This document shows, one piece after another, positions 16,513 to 25,116 of a stretch of DNA of 50,348 nt; position 1 is the stretch's first letter; every line of letters begins with the position of its first letter. The stretch covers positions 1-50,348 of the forward strand of contig JBHGAY010000034.1 in the NCBI GenBank assembly GCA_041946735.1. The letters are read 5' to 3'. Below the pieces are notes generated by a model. It searched no databases and had not been told where the DNA came from. It was given only the letters and a program-made list of their open reading frames with translations. Source of the stretch: Candidatus Eiseniibacteriota bacterium. GTDB lineage: Bacteria > Eisenbacteria > RBG-16-71-46 > CAIMUX01 > VGJL01. A program made the translations under genes and the position numbers.

Positions 16513-19224
16513 CTAGTCATCGCCGAGCCCTCGGACCCTCCAAAGAGCAACGCCGGATCTGTCCCCGAACCTTTCGAGGTGAATCCCGCCCTCGATCCTG
16601 TTCACGTGCGCAGTCAGGTACTTCCCGAGCACCCGGTGGTTGATCGTGTCTCCCTTGCCGGCGATCTCGAGCAGGATCTCCTGCAGGGCTTCCGCGCTCG
16701 GGTCTTGCACCACCCGATCAACCGGAGCCGCGGATTTCACGACCTGCGCCGCGGTTCGCGGCTCTGGTCCGAGATGGGCATACCAGGCTTGGAGCAGTGC
16801 CGCGAGCTTTTGGCGCACCGGATCGGCCTCCTCGATCTGCTTTCGTGTCTCGCAGGGATCGGCGAGCCCCGCCCAGACAAGTGCTGATCGGACCCAATCC
16901 GACCACTCGTCGAAGCCTGCCCAACGGGACAGATTCATGTCCGGCCGTCCAGCGACCTGGTATGCACGGAGGATGGTCAAGGCGCAGGCCACGTATCGCC
17001 CGCGCTCCGCCGGTACCTCCTTGTACAGGTCTCGTTTGAAACGGCGCTCTTCGGGATGCTCCATCTGGGGGTCGAGCTTGCAGACGAGCGCCCGGGTCGT
17101 GAGGTCGCCCTCGAGTGTCAAGTTGTTGCCCGTGGCGAGGAACATGACGGAGGTAGGAACCGACACCGTCTTGGATACCCCCAGCACGCGTCCCGTGACG
17201 ACCTCTTGCGTCAAGGCTTGAGAGATAGCCGCGCCCCCGAAGGGGCGGTCGATGTTGTCGTAACACACGATCGGATCCCCCGCCATGAGCAGGGCCAGCA
17301 GTCGCTTCTCCTCGTCGGCGGGCGAAGATGCTTGCGGCATGACCGGGCAGCTCCTGCCGTTGATGATCATGGCGACGATGTCCATCAGCGTGGTCTTGCC
17401 CGAACGCATCACAGGAGCGGTTGAGGCATGCATTGGGGCCGTCCGTAGAGAGCGGCGGACCAACGCGGTCACGATCGCCGAGATCGCCACGGAGAGGTCC
17501 GCCTCCGTGACGAAAGGAAACTCATCGAGTAACCCGCACAGAGCCTGAGCCGCTTCCCCGGCGTCGTCCCGGCTCGGTTTCTCGGCGATTCCAGAGAACT
17601 CGGTTCCACCCGGATCGAAGAGGAGCCCCGTCATGGCATCGTAGCCGGGCTGATCTAGGATCGATCCATCCTCCCGCAAAGTTGGCGCCTCGATAACTCC
17701 TACGAGGTGCGGTAGATTCCACTCGCCCGTTCTGGCAAGGTAGGTCTCCGCGATCTTCTTCGGGCAATCGGTGATCTTGACAGAGCTCTCGGCCGTTGCC
17801 CGCGCTGGGTAGGCGAGCCATCGGATGATCCGTGTGAGCCGATCGACCAGGTACGGAACATCCACCGGGTGGATGAGAAGAGCTCCTGCCCTTCGCTTGA
17901 GTCCGAGGAGAACGGCCGGGGCCTCGGTGCGCACAGTCCGCACGACCATTCCCCCGCGCTGATAGAGCGGCGCTCCCTGTCCCGAGATCAGCACCTCCTC
18001 GGCTCTGTCCACGATCTCGGGCAGTTTCCCCCCGCTCACGAGGATCGCCGGTCGCGGGTCGGCGTCCGGCGTGGACACATTGCTCTTGTCTTGGCCGTAG
18101 CCTCCGGTACATCGAGATATCGCATTCTCGATCGTGATTCGGCCATACGAGCGGCCGTCGGCCGAGTGAGGTTCATCCCACTTGCCCCGCATCAGCGCGG
18201 ATTGTCGGAAGAGCCGATCCATCCTCTCCGCATCGCCATCCGTCCAGAAAGCAAGGCGCGAGCAGAGGGCAGCATCCGCCTCGCTCTGCGATCGGTAGCC
18301 ACGCAAGTCCCCCTTGTCGAACAGACGCCGGAACCGCTCCCCGTTCTTCGCCAAGCGGGCCTTCTCGAGTAGCTCGTCATCGCCGAGGGCGACCGGCACT
18401 CTCACCGCCGTGGAGGTTCCGGCTCCGCTACTGCCGTTTGCCGTCGGCGCCTCGACTTCGACCCGACTGAGCAGGACCTCGAGGTCGACCCGGGGCACTT
18501 GGCCGTAGATCTCGCGAAGCTCGGCCCTCCGGTACGGGCGATCATCGGAGACGTTCGGCTTGACGTTCATCGTCCCCGGGCACCGCATGATGCGCGCGAA
18601 ATCGCCGAAGACCGCCCCATCGAGCTTCGCGCCGCAGCCCGGCGGAAACAGTGGCGCGATATACCGCTTGAGCCAGGCGCGGAGGCGCTCCTTCAGCACC
18701 TCAGGCGGACGGCCCTCCGTGGGGAGCGGTTCCACGAGGATGACGACCTGGCAGCCATTGCCCGTCTCTTCAGCCACGTAGGGGATCCGCTCCCGCCGTA
18801 GCCACTCCGCAATGCGGTGAGCGACCTGAACTGTCCGCTCGTGCTCTTCGTCGGTCGCCGGCCATTCATCGTCGGCGAAGCCTCCGGCGCGTATCGCGTC
18901 GACGTCGATCAGGAGGCCCGTCACGTGCTCGATGTCCGATGCCGATGCGCGCTTGCCAGCTCGCGGCGAGGCATTGAGCTTGTACCCGAGAGCATCCACA
19001 AGCGGTCGCGGGCGCGGGTTAATCCCGATGTAGACGTTCGCTTTGCCGTCGTGCGAGGAGATGGCCTGGCTCAGCTCTCCCGCGTCGTCGTAGTAGCCGA
19101 TCAACAGGTGGCGTCCGTGCGGTGCTCTGACCACGAGCTCGGTCGCGCCGAGATCGGGGTGCCTCAGACGCGAGCGGAGCGTGTGAATGCTGGTCTTAAG
19201 GTCGACGCCTTCCTTGTCCGCCAT
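16513..19224 (-). CDS. phage/plasmid primase-helicase (AEP/RepB-like primase, NrS-1-like helical domain, P-loop ATPase)
   Basis: IDVD, TGNGCQ, ARIMRCPGTMN primase motifs; SQSEADAALCSRLAFWT..MDRLFRQS..MRGKW; SGKTTL Walker A, VCYDN Walker B, ATGNN; GAGGAG SD before ATG 19224. Confidence 0.85.
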   Translation of the reverse strand: MADKEGVDLKTSIHTLRSRLRHPDLGATELVVRAPHGRHLLIGYYDDAGELSQAISSHDGKANVYIGINPRPRPLVDALGYKLNASPRAGKRASASDIEHVTGLLIDVDAIRAGGFADDEWPATDEEHERTVQVAHRIAEWLRRERIPYVAEETGNGCQVVILVEPLPTEGRPPEVLKERLRAWLKRYIAPLFPPGCGAKLDGAVFGDFARIMRCPGTMNVKPNVSDDRPYRRAELREIYGQVPRVDLEVLLSRVEVEAPTANGSSGAGTSTAVRVPVALGDDELLEKARLAKNGERFRRLFDKGDLRGYRSQSEADAALCSRLAFWTDGDAERMDRLFRQSALMRGKWDEPHSADGRSYGRITIENAISRCTGGYGQDKSNVSTPDADPRPAILVSGGKLPEIVDRAEEVLISGQGAPLYQRGGMVVRTVRTEAPAVLLGLKRRAGALLIHPVDVPYLVDRLTRIIRWLAYPARATAESSVKITDCPKKIAETYLARTGEWNLPHLVGVIEAPTLREDGSILDQPGYDAMTGLLFDPGGTEFSGIAEKPSRDDAGEAAQALCGLLDEFPFVTEADLSVAISAIVTALVRRSLRTAPMHASTAPVMRSGKTTLMDIVAMIINGRSCPVMPQASSPADEEKRLLALLMAGDPIVCYDNIDRPFGGAAISQALTQEVVTGRVLGVSKTVSVPTSVMFLATGNNLTLEGDLTTRALVCKLDPQMEHPEERRFKRDLYKEVPAERGRYVACALTILRAYQVAGRPDMNLSRWAGFDEWSDWVRSALVWAGLADPCETRKQIEEADPVRQKLAALLQAWYAHLGPEPRTAAQVVKSAAPVDRVVQDPSAEALQEILLEIAGKGDTINHRVLGKYLTAHVNRIEGGIHLERFGDRSGVALWRVRGLGDD

Positions 19225-19299
19225 CCCCACGCTCCTCTTCACAGGGACGGGGCGGCGTGGGATCGTTCCGGTTTGCGGGGCAAGGCCAGCGGATAAGGC

Positions 19300-19373
19300 G
19301 AAAGGGCGCCATGGTCCCCGTTCCCGGAGCTAACCACGACGCCCTCCGCTGTGCGGTCAGGCGACCGTCTGGT
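19300..19373 (-). promoter_or_regulatory. structured cis-regulatory RNA motif, copy A (primase leader)
   Basis: small CCGC-ACA-GCGG hairpin overlapping a 13-bp stem capped by a GGAA tetraloop hairpin; homologous to 23591-23674 with compensatory changes. Confidence 0.7.
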
Positions 19374-19482
19374 TGTCTTTTGGCCTGAGTCCTTCTAGAA
19401 GACGCCCAGGCGCTGAATCACAGAGTGCGGTCGATCACTGTCGAATGCAAGTTCGAAACCCAATAGGGCTGTACTCTCAGCG

Positions 19483-20421
19483 TCAAGATCCGGCCCCGTT
19501 CCCCCGTCTCCAAACCAGCCGCCAGTCATTGAACGCCATTTCGTCCCGTACCCACAACTCAGCAGGCAGGCCGTGCATGAACTGCACCCGGACAACGCCG
19601 TTCCTTACAGCCCGGAACATGTCGATGAGCCGGACCAGCCTCAGGTCTTGTTTACCACGCTCCACGGGAACCAGAGCGCGGTCCGGTCTCGTAGCGACGT
19701 CGTTCCAGACCTTCCAATGACCGTCCCACCGGGGCGGAGGGTCCAGGACGGGCCGCCTCCTGCGAATCACGACTTCGACCCGGCCGAAGGCATGGTCCGC
19801 AAGGCCCTGAAGGAAAGCGAGTTCCTGCTTGTCTAGCGGATCCTTCAACATCGTCTCGATCAGTTCGCTGTCGGTCTTGATGAGGTCGATGTTCCGAATC
19901 GGTCGAATACGGAGATACCGGAGTCGCTCACGAAGACCATCCGGAAGGTTCTTCGCCTTGGGGCTCAAGTTGGCGAGTTCCCTAACGCTGCTGCGCCTGA
20001 GCCAGGTACAGAAACGGCTGCAGAACCAGCCCCAGCCTGCGTCCGACTCGTACCAGGCGGGAGAGATCCGTAGCATCCCGACCCGTCGAAGGCTCGGCGT
20101 ACAGGTGAAGAAGGCAATGCAGGGCACATCTTCCTTCTTGATCTTCAGGGCAACCCGAGCTTCGAGCATCTGCTTCGACCAATGCTCTCGTACCGTGCCC
20201 GCCCGAATCTCCTCGGCCCAGGCCTGCTCGTCCTGCTCATCGGCGGCGATCAGCTGCTTGGGTCGTAACTTCTGGTGCTCAACTCCGCTACCCCGAGGAT
20301 TGCCAAAGCGCCAAACAGTGATGCGACTGCCCGCCGCTCGATCGATCTCCGCGACTGCGAGTCTGTGGTACTCATCGAACCGACGACTGGCGCTGTTCAG
20401 AATCGGAAGGGCGAAGAGCAT
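19483..20421 (-). CDS. hypothetical protein (312 aa), C-terminal region tentatively YezD/DUF2292-like
   Basis: GGGGAGG SD before ATG 20421; two similar beta-rich motifs FGRVEVVIRRRRP and NGVVRVQFMHGLP. Confidence 0.6.
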   Translation of the reverse strand: MLFALPILNSASRRFDEYHRLAVAEIDRAAGSRITVWRFGNPRGSGVEHQKLRPKQLIAADEQDEQAWAEEIRAGTVREHWSKQMLEARVALKIKKEDVPCIAFFTCTPSLRRVGMLRISPAWYESDAGWGWFCSRFCTWLRRSSVRELANLSPKAKNLPDGLRERLRYLRIRPIRNIDLIKTDSELIETMLKDPLDKQELAFLQGLADHAFGRVEVVIRRRRPVLDPPPRWDGHWKVWNDVATRPDRALVPVERGKQDLRLVRLIDMFRAVRNGVVRVQFMHGLPAELWVRDEMAFNDWRLVWRRGNGAGS

Positions 20422-20657
20422 CGCCACGACCTCCCCTTCGGCTTGGACGACTGGTTGCCCTTCCCTGGATCGCCGAGCTGTCCGCTGGCGTTCAGGATGG
20501 CCTCGAACGAGATCGCCTGCCCCGCGCCACGGATACCATCGAGCGGATCGGGGAGAGAACGGTCCCATCGGGTGACCCAGCCGGTGCCGCTAGCCTGGCT
20601 ACCCAACCCGAAGGTCACACCCCTCCACTCCTTGTAGCGGCTTCGCCTACGTCTCAT
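20397..20657 (-). CDS. small hypothetical protein (86 aa)
   Basis: AGGAAGGAG SD; overlaps the start of the next gene; no recognisable domain. Confidence 0.35.
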   Translation of the reverse strand: MRRRRSRYKEWRGVTFGLGSQASGTGWVTRWDRSLPDPLDGIRGAGQAISFEAILNASGQLGDPGKGNQSSKPKGRSWRCSSPFRF

Positions 20658-20768
20658 GGCCTTCTCCTTCCTGTTCGCCGTCTGCAGTGAGGCTGAGCGG
20701 CACGATAGCGCCGTGCATGTCCGGTGTCAGTAATTCTCTTCTCCGTTTCCGTTCTCTGTTGTGAACGC

Positions 20769-21248
20769 TCACGAGTTGTTAAGGTCAACGGTCAACGAAC
20801 CAAGGTCGCCATGTTGACAACTTGTGCATTTCTCCCGCTGCTCCTCCCAGTCCGTCAGGCCAGCGAGACTCCGCAGCCTCCGCTCCGTGATCGTTTCCCG
20901 TCCAACCTGCGGCTGCAAGAACAACAGCTCCTCCTGGATGTCCGGCGCCAGGTTCAAGAGGTCCATGATCTGGCTGATCCGCGCCCGGGTGACCCCGCCA
21001 AGCCTCGCCAGCTCGGCGTAATCTTTGATGGCCCCCCGCCGAATCAGGCTGTCGAAGCGGATGGCGAGCGCCATGAGACGCGCGACCCGCGGGATCCGCG
21101 CGGGACCGGGCGGGGCGGCCGGCTTCTTCCGTGCCCCCTCCCGCAGGCGTCGCCGACCCCGGTTCCCGGGCCGAATGTGGATCTCGAACTCGAGGGTGCG
21201 CCCGGCCGTCTCGGCCGCAGCCGCTCCCTCTCGCCCCCGATTCGCCAC
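20769..21248 (-). CDS. recombinase-associated HTH protein
   Basis: RVARLMALAIRF..YAELARLGGVTRARISQIMDLLNLAPDIQE, typical of genes following DUF2924/serine recombinase; overlaps the recombinase stop. Confidence 0.8.
   Translation of the reverse strand: MANRGREGAAAAETAGRTLEFEIHIRPGNRGRRRLREGARKKPAAPPGPARIPRVARLMALAIRFDSLIRRGAIKDYAELARLGGVTRARISQIMDLLNLAPDIQEELLFLQPQVGRETITERRLRSLAGLTDWEEQREKCTSCQHGDLGSLTVDLNNS
20770..20826. repeat. 13-bp imperfect inverted repeat with 31-bp spacer
   Basis: CACGAGTTGTTAA (20770-20782) and TTGACAACTTGTG (20814-20826), 11/13 complementary; GGTCAAC tandem in the spacer. Confidence 0.6.
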
Positions 21249-22825
21249 TACTCAACCTCCTGCGCCAAGACCTTGATCCCGCCCGGACGGAACGTGATCG
21301 CGACGCGGTGGCGCTCGCCGTCATAGCCGACCCGCTCGACCAGTAGCTCGACGACCCGGGCCTGCTCCTGCGGCGTCAGCGACTCCCACACGGGATCGAA
21401 GCTCTCCAGAGCCCGGGCGAGGTCTGCCTCGTCGACCCGGTCTCGTTCCACGGCCGCCTGGGACGCTCGGATCTCGGCCAGACGCGCCTCCGCGGCATCG
21501 GTTCGCGCCTGGAGGTCGACCAGCTGCGTCGCGACCGCCGCACGACGACCGTTCCCGGAGGCGGATCCGACCAGCCTCTTGATCTCCTCGGAGCACGTCC
21601 GCAGATCCGCCTCGATCTGCGGCCGCTCCCCGGCGAGCTTCTCCGCCCGCTCGTCCGCGTCCGCCCGGAGCCTTCTGAGAACCTCGGCCCGTAGGTCGAG
21701 ATCTGACCCGATCGCCCGGATCCGCTCCACCACGAACCGCTCGATCTCGGGGGCCGGGAGCGACTTCGAGGGGCAGGTCTCCCACCCCTGCTTCTGAGCG
21801 CGGCAGCAGGTGTAGTACCGGTATCGCCGCCCGCGCTTCGTCGTGTAGCAGTGGCTCATGGCCGACTCGCACGGCGTGCAGTAGAGGAGACCCCGGAGCA
21901 GCGCGCCGTACTTGTTCCGCGCCGCCCGTCCTCCGGAGCGGCCGTTCCTCTGAAGGAGCCTCTGCACACGCTCCCAGACCGCTTCCTCGACGATCGCCTC
22001 GTGCTCGCCCGGGTAGATCTCTCCCCGGTGGTTCACCTTGCCGACGTAGGTCACGTTCCGGAGCAGGCCGAAGACCGTAGCCTTGTCGAAGGGCCGGCCG
22101 ACGTGTTCAATGCCTTTCTTCGTCGTCCAGGTCTTGTTCCGCCAGCCCCGGCGGTTGATCTCCTTGACAACCTCGAGCAGGGATTCCTTCTCGAGGTACA
22201 AGTCGAAGATCGCGCGGACCCGCTCGGCCTCCTGCTTGTTCACGACCAGTCGGCGGAGCTGCCGGTCGCGTTCGTACCCCAAGAGCAGCATCCCACCGAT
22301 CCACTTCCCCTTCTTCCGCGCAGCGGACATCTTGTCCCGGGTCCGCTCCGAGATCATCTCTCGCTCGAACTGCGCGAAGCTGAGCAGGATGTTCATCGTG
22401 AGCCGTCCCATGGAGGAGCTCGTCGAGAATGCCTGGGTGACGGAGACGAAGGAGACCCTGCGCTCCTCAAGCGTCCCGATGATCCGGGCGAAGTCGAGCA
22501 GCGAGCGGCTCAAGCGGTCGACCTTGTAGACCACGACGCAGTCGACCCGGCCGGATTCGATGTCGGCCAGCAGGCGCTTCAGCGCCGGGCGGTCCATGTT
22601 GGCGCCCGTGTAGCCCCCGTCGTCGTACCGATCGGGCAGGCAGACCCAGCCCGCGCCCTTCTGGCTGGCGATGTAGGCCTCCGCGGCCTCGCGCTGGGCA
22701 TCGAGGGAGTTGAACTCCTGCTCGAGCCCCTCCTCGGTCGACTTCCGTGTGTAGATCGCGCAGCGGATCGGACCGGTCTCCGGCGGGGTTCCGTTGCCGT
22801 TGCCCGACTTCGTGGGGCGCTTCAC
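21248..22825 (-). CDS. large serine recombinase (resolvase, recombinase and Zn-ribbon domains)
   Basis: AIYTRKST catalytic Ser, YDDGGYTG, YKVDRLSR, FAQFERE, GEHEAIV, CTPC...YYTC...C. Confidence 0.96.
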   Translation of the reverse strand: MKRPTKSGNGNGTPPETGPIRCAIYTRKSTEEGLEQEFNSLDAQREAAEAYIASQKGAGWVCLPDRYDDGGYTGANMDRPALKRLLADIESGRVDCVVVYKVDRLSRSLLDFARIIGTLEERRVSFVSVTQAFSTSSSMGRLTMNILLSFAQFEREMISERTRDKMSAARKKGKWIGGMLLLGYERDRQLRRLVVNKQEAERVRAIFDLYLEKESLLEVVKEINRRGWRNKTWTTKKGIEHVGRPFDKATVFGLLRNVTYVGKVNHRGEIYPGEHEAIVEEAVWERVQRLLQRNGRSGGRAARNKYGALLRGLLYCTPCESAMSHCYTTKRGRRYRYYTCCRAQKQGWETCPSKSLPAPEIERFVVERIRAIGSDLDLRAEVLRRLRADADERAEKLAGERPQIEADLRTCSEEIKRLVGSASGNGRRAAVATQLVDLQARTDAAEARLAEIRASQAAVERDRVDEADLARALESFDPVWESLTPQEQARVVELLVERVGYDGERHRVAITFRPGGIKVLAQEVE

Positions 22826-23295
22826 CGGTCACCGCCGTTCGGACGTAGGCCAAAGAAGTGGAACCCATTCCAGTGGGTGCCGGTGACGACCTTCGCGATC
22901 GCGGTCAGGGACCGGTAGACCGTTCCGTCGTGCTCGAATCCGCGATCCAGCACGGTCACCGAGATCATCGTCCCCCGGTACTCGCGGGTCAGCACGGTGC
23001 CGGGCATCGGGAGGCGCCGGTCCTGCGGGATCGCGAGCGTCCCCGTGACCGTCCGCGCCGCCGGCGCCAGGAGCCGCAGGTCGGCCTCGTTCGCAAGCTC
23101 GGCGGCCCGCCGCAGGGCCCGCTCCGACAGTCCGCCCTCGTCGTTCGCCTGCAGCCGCCAGGTGATCCGCTTCTGTAGGTAGACCTTGTGGCGAGACGTC
23201 GTCGGCTCACCGAAGACCTCCACGTACTTCTCTCGGAGCTCGGCGAGCGTCATGTCTTGCAGCTCTGCGACTTGCCTGGCGATGTGCGGCTTCAT
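22822..23295 (-). CDS. DUF2924 domain-containing protein
   Basis: LREKYVEVFGE, ITWRLQA, PGTVLTREYRG, SLTAIAKVVTGTHWNGFHFFGL; ATG 23295 with GGAGG SD; 4-bp overlap with the recombinase. Confidence 0.9.
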   Translation of the reverse strand: MKPHIARQVAELQDMTLAELREKYVEVFGEPTTSRHKVYLQKRITWRLQANDEGGLSERALRRAAELANEADLRLLAPAARTVTGTLAIPQDRRLPMPGTVLTREYRGTMISVTVLDRGFEHDGTVYRSLTAIAKVVTGTHWNGFHFFGLRPNGGDR

Positions 23296-23519
23296 GCTCC
23301 CGCCTCCGCGGGGTCTCCGTCCGTCAACCCCTCGTCCCATGGAGGTCTCGGGGTCCCGGAGACATCCAGTGGTTTGTCGAGAGTCGGTGGAGAAACAGGC
23401 GCCGAAACGGAAGTAGCGCTGCAGGCTCTCGCCCGCAAGTAGCCGGCGGCCAGGATGGCCGCTAACTCGGCCAGTCGCTGCCCGGGGGTCATCTCCGCCG
23501 GGTCGTCCAGGAAGTCCAT
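23292..23519 (-). CDS. small conserved hypothetical protein upstream of DUF2924
   Basis: MTPGQRLAELAAILAAGYLR motif typical at this position; GGAGG SD; ATGA overlap. Confidence 0.65.
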   Translation of the reverse strand: MDFLDDPAEMTPGQRLAELAAILAAGYLRARACSATSVSAPVSPPTLDKPLDVSGTPRPPWDEGLTDGDPAEAGA

Positions 23520-23590
23520 GCTTCCTCCGCATTGACCCGGTCCTACAGATGGGAGGCGTCGAGGGAGCTGCGGTCCGGCGAGGGGCAACA

Positions 23591-23674
23591 GAATAGGCGC
23601 TATGGTCCCGTTGCCTCCGTTTCCGGAGCAACACCCACAACGCCTTCCGCTTTGCGGCCGGGCCGCTGTCTGGT
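23591..23674 (-). promoter_or_regulatory. structured cis-regulatory RNA motif, copy B (recombinase operon leader)
   Basis: CCGC-AAA-GCGG hairpin plus long stem with a GAAA tetraloop hairpin; homologous to 19300-19373. Confidence 0.7.
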
Positions 23675-23715
23675 GATCTGTCTACGCCCGCGGTGCGTTC
23701 ACCGCGCCGACCCTG

Positions 23716-23744
23716 TTTCTACATCCGTTGCGGTCGGGTGTCAA
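23716..23744 (-). promoter_or_regulatory. putative sigma70 promoter for the recombinase operon
   Basis: minus strand TTGACA, 17 bp spacer, TAGAAA, upstream of motif copy B. Confidence 0.4.
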
Positions 23745-23792
23745 GGCGTCTCCCGCAGCCACAATCTCTGGACACGAGTCGGCTGCCTTCAA

Positions 23793-23821
23793 TGGACCCT
23801 TTGCAGCCGTCCCGCTATGAT
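23793..23821 (+). promoter_or_regulatory. putative sigma70 promoter for the 23885 gene
   Basis: TGGACC, 17 bp spacer, TATGAT. Confidence 0.3.
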
Positions 23822-23884
23822 CCTGCGCGTTCACTTCCCTTGCTGGCATTGCCTGTGGACAGCACTCACTCCGGAGGGATCCCT

Positions 23885-24385
23885 ATGCGCGTGCTTCTCT
23901 TGCTCCTAGTCTTCGCCCTGACAATCACCGACGCAAAGGAGGGACGCACACAGTACACGCCCGATGGTTTCAACGGCTACCCTTGGGGGACAAGTTTCCA
24001 GAGCATGGACTCTCTCACGCTAGGAACTCCTGAGGCTCCTTCAGAAAGCGGAGCCGCAGGGATACTCTGGTTCAAGTCCAGAATCAACGCAGTTGGAGAC
24101 TGCGCCGTCGACTCGGTGAAGATGTCCTTCCTGGACGGTGACCTCTCCTCGATCCTCGCGTCAGGGAGGGGGCCCGATCTTTTCCGCTGTCTATACGGCA
24201 TGATGACATCGACCTGGGGGAAGCCCGCGCGACCAAACGCAGACTCAGAGATGTACCGCTTTGAAACACCGCAGACCGAAGGATGGCTTATATACAGCCA
24301 CGAGAAGGGGCTAGTGGTCGTCACTCTACACGAGGCTACCGCTAGTGAGTTCAGGCGGTATGCAAAACGTCGTGCGGCCAGATAG
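23885..24385 (+). CDS. secreted hypothetical protein (166 aa)
   Basis: GGAGGG SD, signal peptide MRVLLLLLVFALTITDA, GFNGYPWGTS..WGKP pattern. Confidence 0.7.
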   Translation: MRVLLLLLVFALTITDAKEGRTQYTPDGFNGYPWGTSFQSMDSLTLGTPEAPSESGAAGILWFKSRINAVGDCAVDSVKMSFLDGDLSSILASGRGPDLFRCLYGMMTSTWGKPARPNADSEMYRFETPQTEGWLIYSHEKGLVVVTLHEATASEFRRYAKRRAAR

Positions 24386-24444
24386 TGGATCCAGGGTAGC
24401 TGGATCCACGAGGTCATCACGAGCACCGCTGAACCCGCACGTCA

Positions 24445-25116
24445 TCAAGATGACTGGTCTCTCAATGGCGGAGGCACCGGATTGTACTCCTCATCCCAAA
24501 CGCGGTCGACTGTGCGTTGCGCTTCACGTGGGTGGACTCGTTCTTGAAGGTGGATTCCAGAAACTAGGACGCGAGGTTCTTGGTTCATTGGGATTCTAGC
24601 GTATACAATATCCAACAGATAGAGTGAGGCGTCTTCGTGTACTCCTCCCATTGCTTCGTAGCGCGAGACAATCACCAATGGCACTCGCATCTGCATCCAC
24701 ACAGCAGCATGCGATACGCTGCAAAGGTAATCCCCGATCGGTGAAAGGGACAGTGGATAGGGCGCCTTGTTCAGGATCGCACCGGGCTCGATAACCTTCG
24801 CCCCAAACGGGGCGGTAGATGGCAACTTGACGCTGACGCTCTCCACTATGATGCTATTATCTGTTGGCTGCAGGTTGATCGTAAACCGCTGTCTGTCCAA
24901 GTACCATCGCCAGACCACCGCGCGTTCTGACTCGAACTGCGCCCTAACGAGTTGGGTTGATGCCTCGGACAATCGATTTGCGTTCTCAGCAAGCGAGCAG
25001 CTTCTAATGCAGACTACGAGCGCCGCGACAGATCCAACACGAGTAACGACGGCCATGACCTTCCCGACGTCCAGCCGATTACCGGAAGTCCTTCCCTTCC
25101 TTGGGCGACGAGTCAT
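24445..25116 (-). CDS. hypothetical protein with N-terminal membrane anchor (223 aa)
   Basis: AGGAGGG SD; hydrophobic segment followed by coiled-coil-like AENANRLSEAST. Confidence 0.6.
   Translation of the reverse strand: MTRRPRKGRTSGNRLDVGKVMAVVTRVGSVAALVVCIRSCSLAENANRLSEASTQLVRAQFESERAVVWRWYLDRQRFTINLQPTDNSIIVESVSVKLPSTAPFGAKVIEPGAILNKAPYPLSLSPIGDYLCSVSHAAVWMQMRVPLVIVSRYEAMGGVHEDASLYLLDIVYARIPMNQEPRVLVSGIHLQERVHPREAQRTVDRVWDEEYNPVPPPLRDQSS

Noticed and set aside
23296..23640. N-terminal 115 aa of track ORF 22822..23640 and similar upstream extensions (29999, 23693, 20568, 49788)
   Set aside because: Extensions beyond the SD-supported starts; they overlap other genes or the RNA motif
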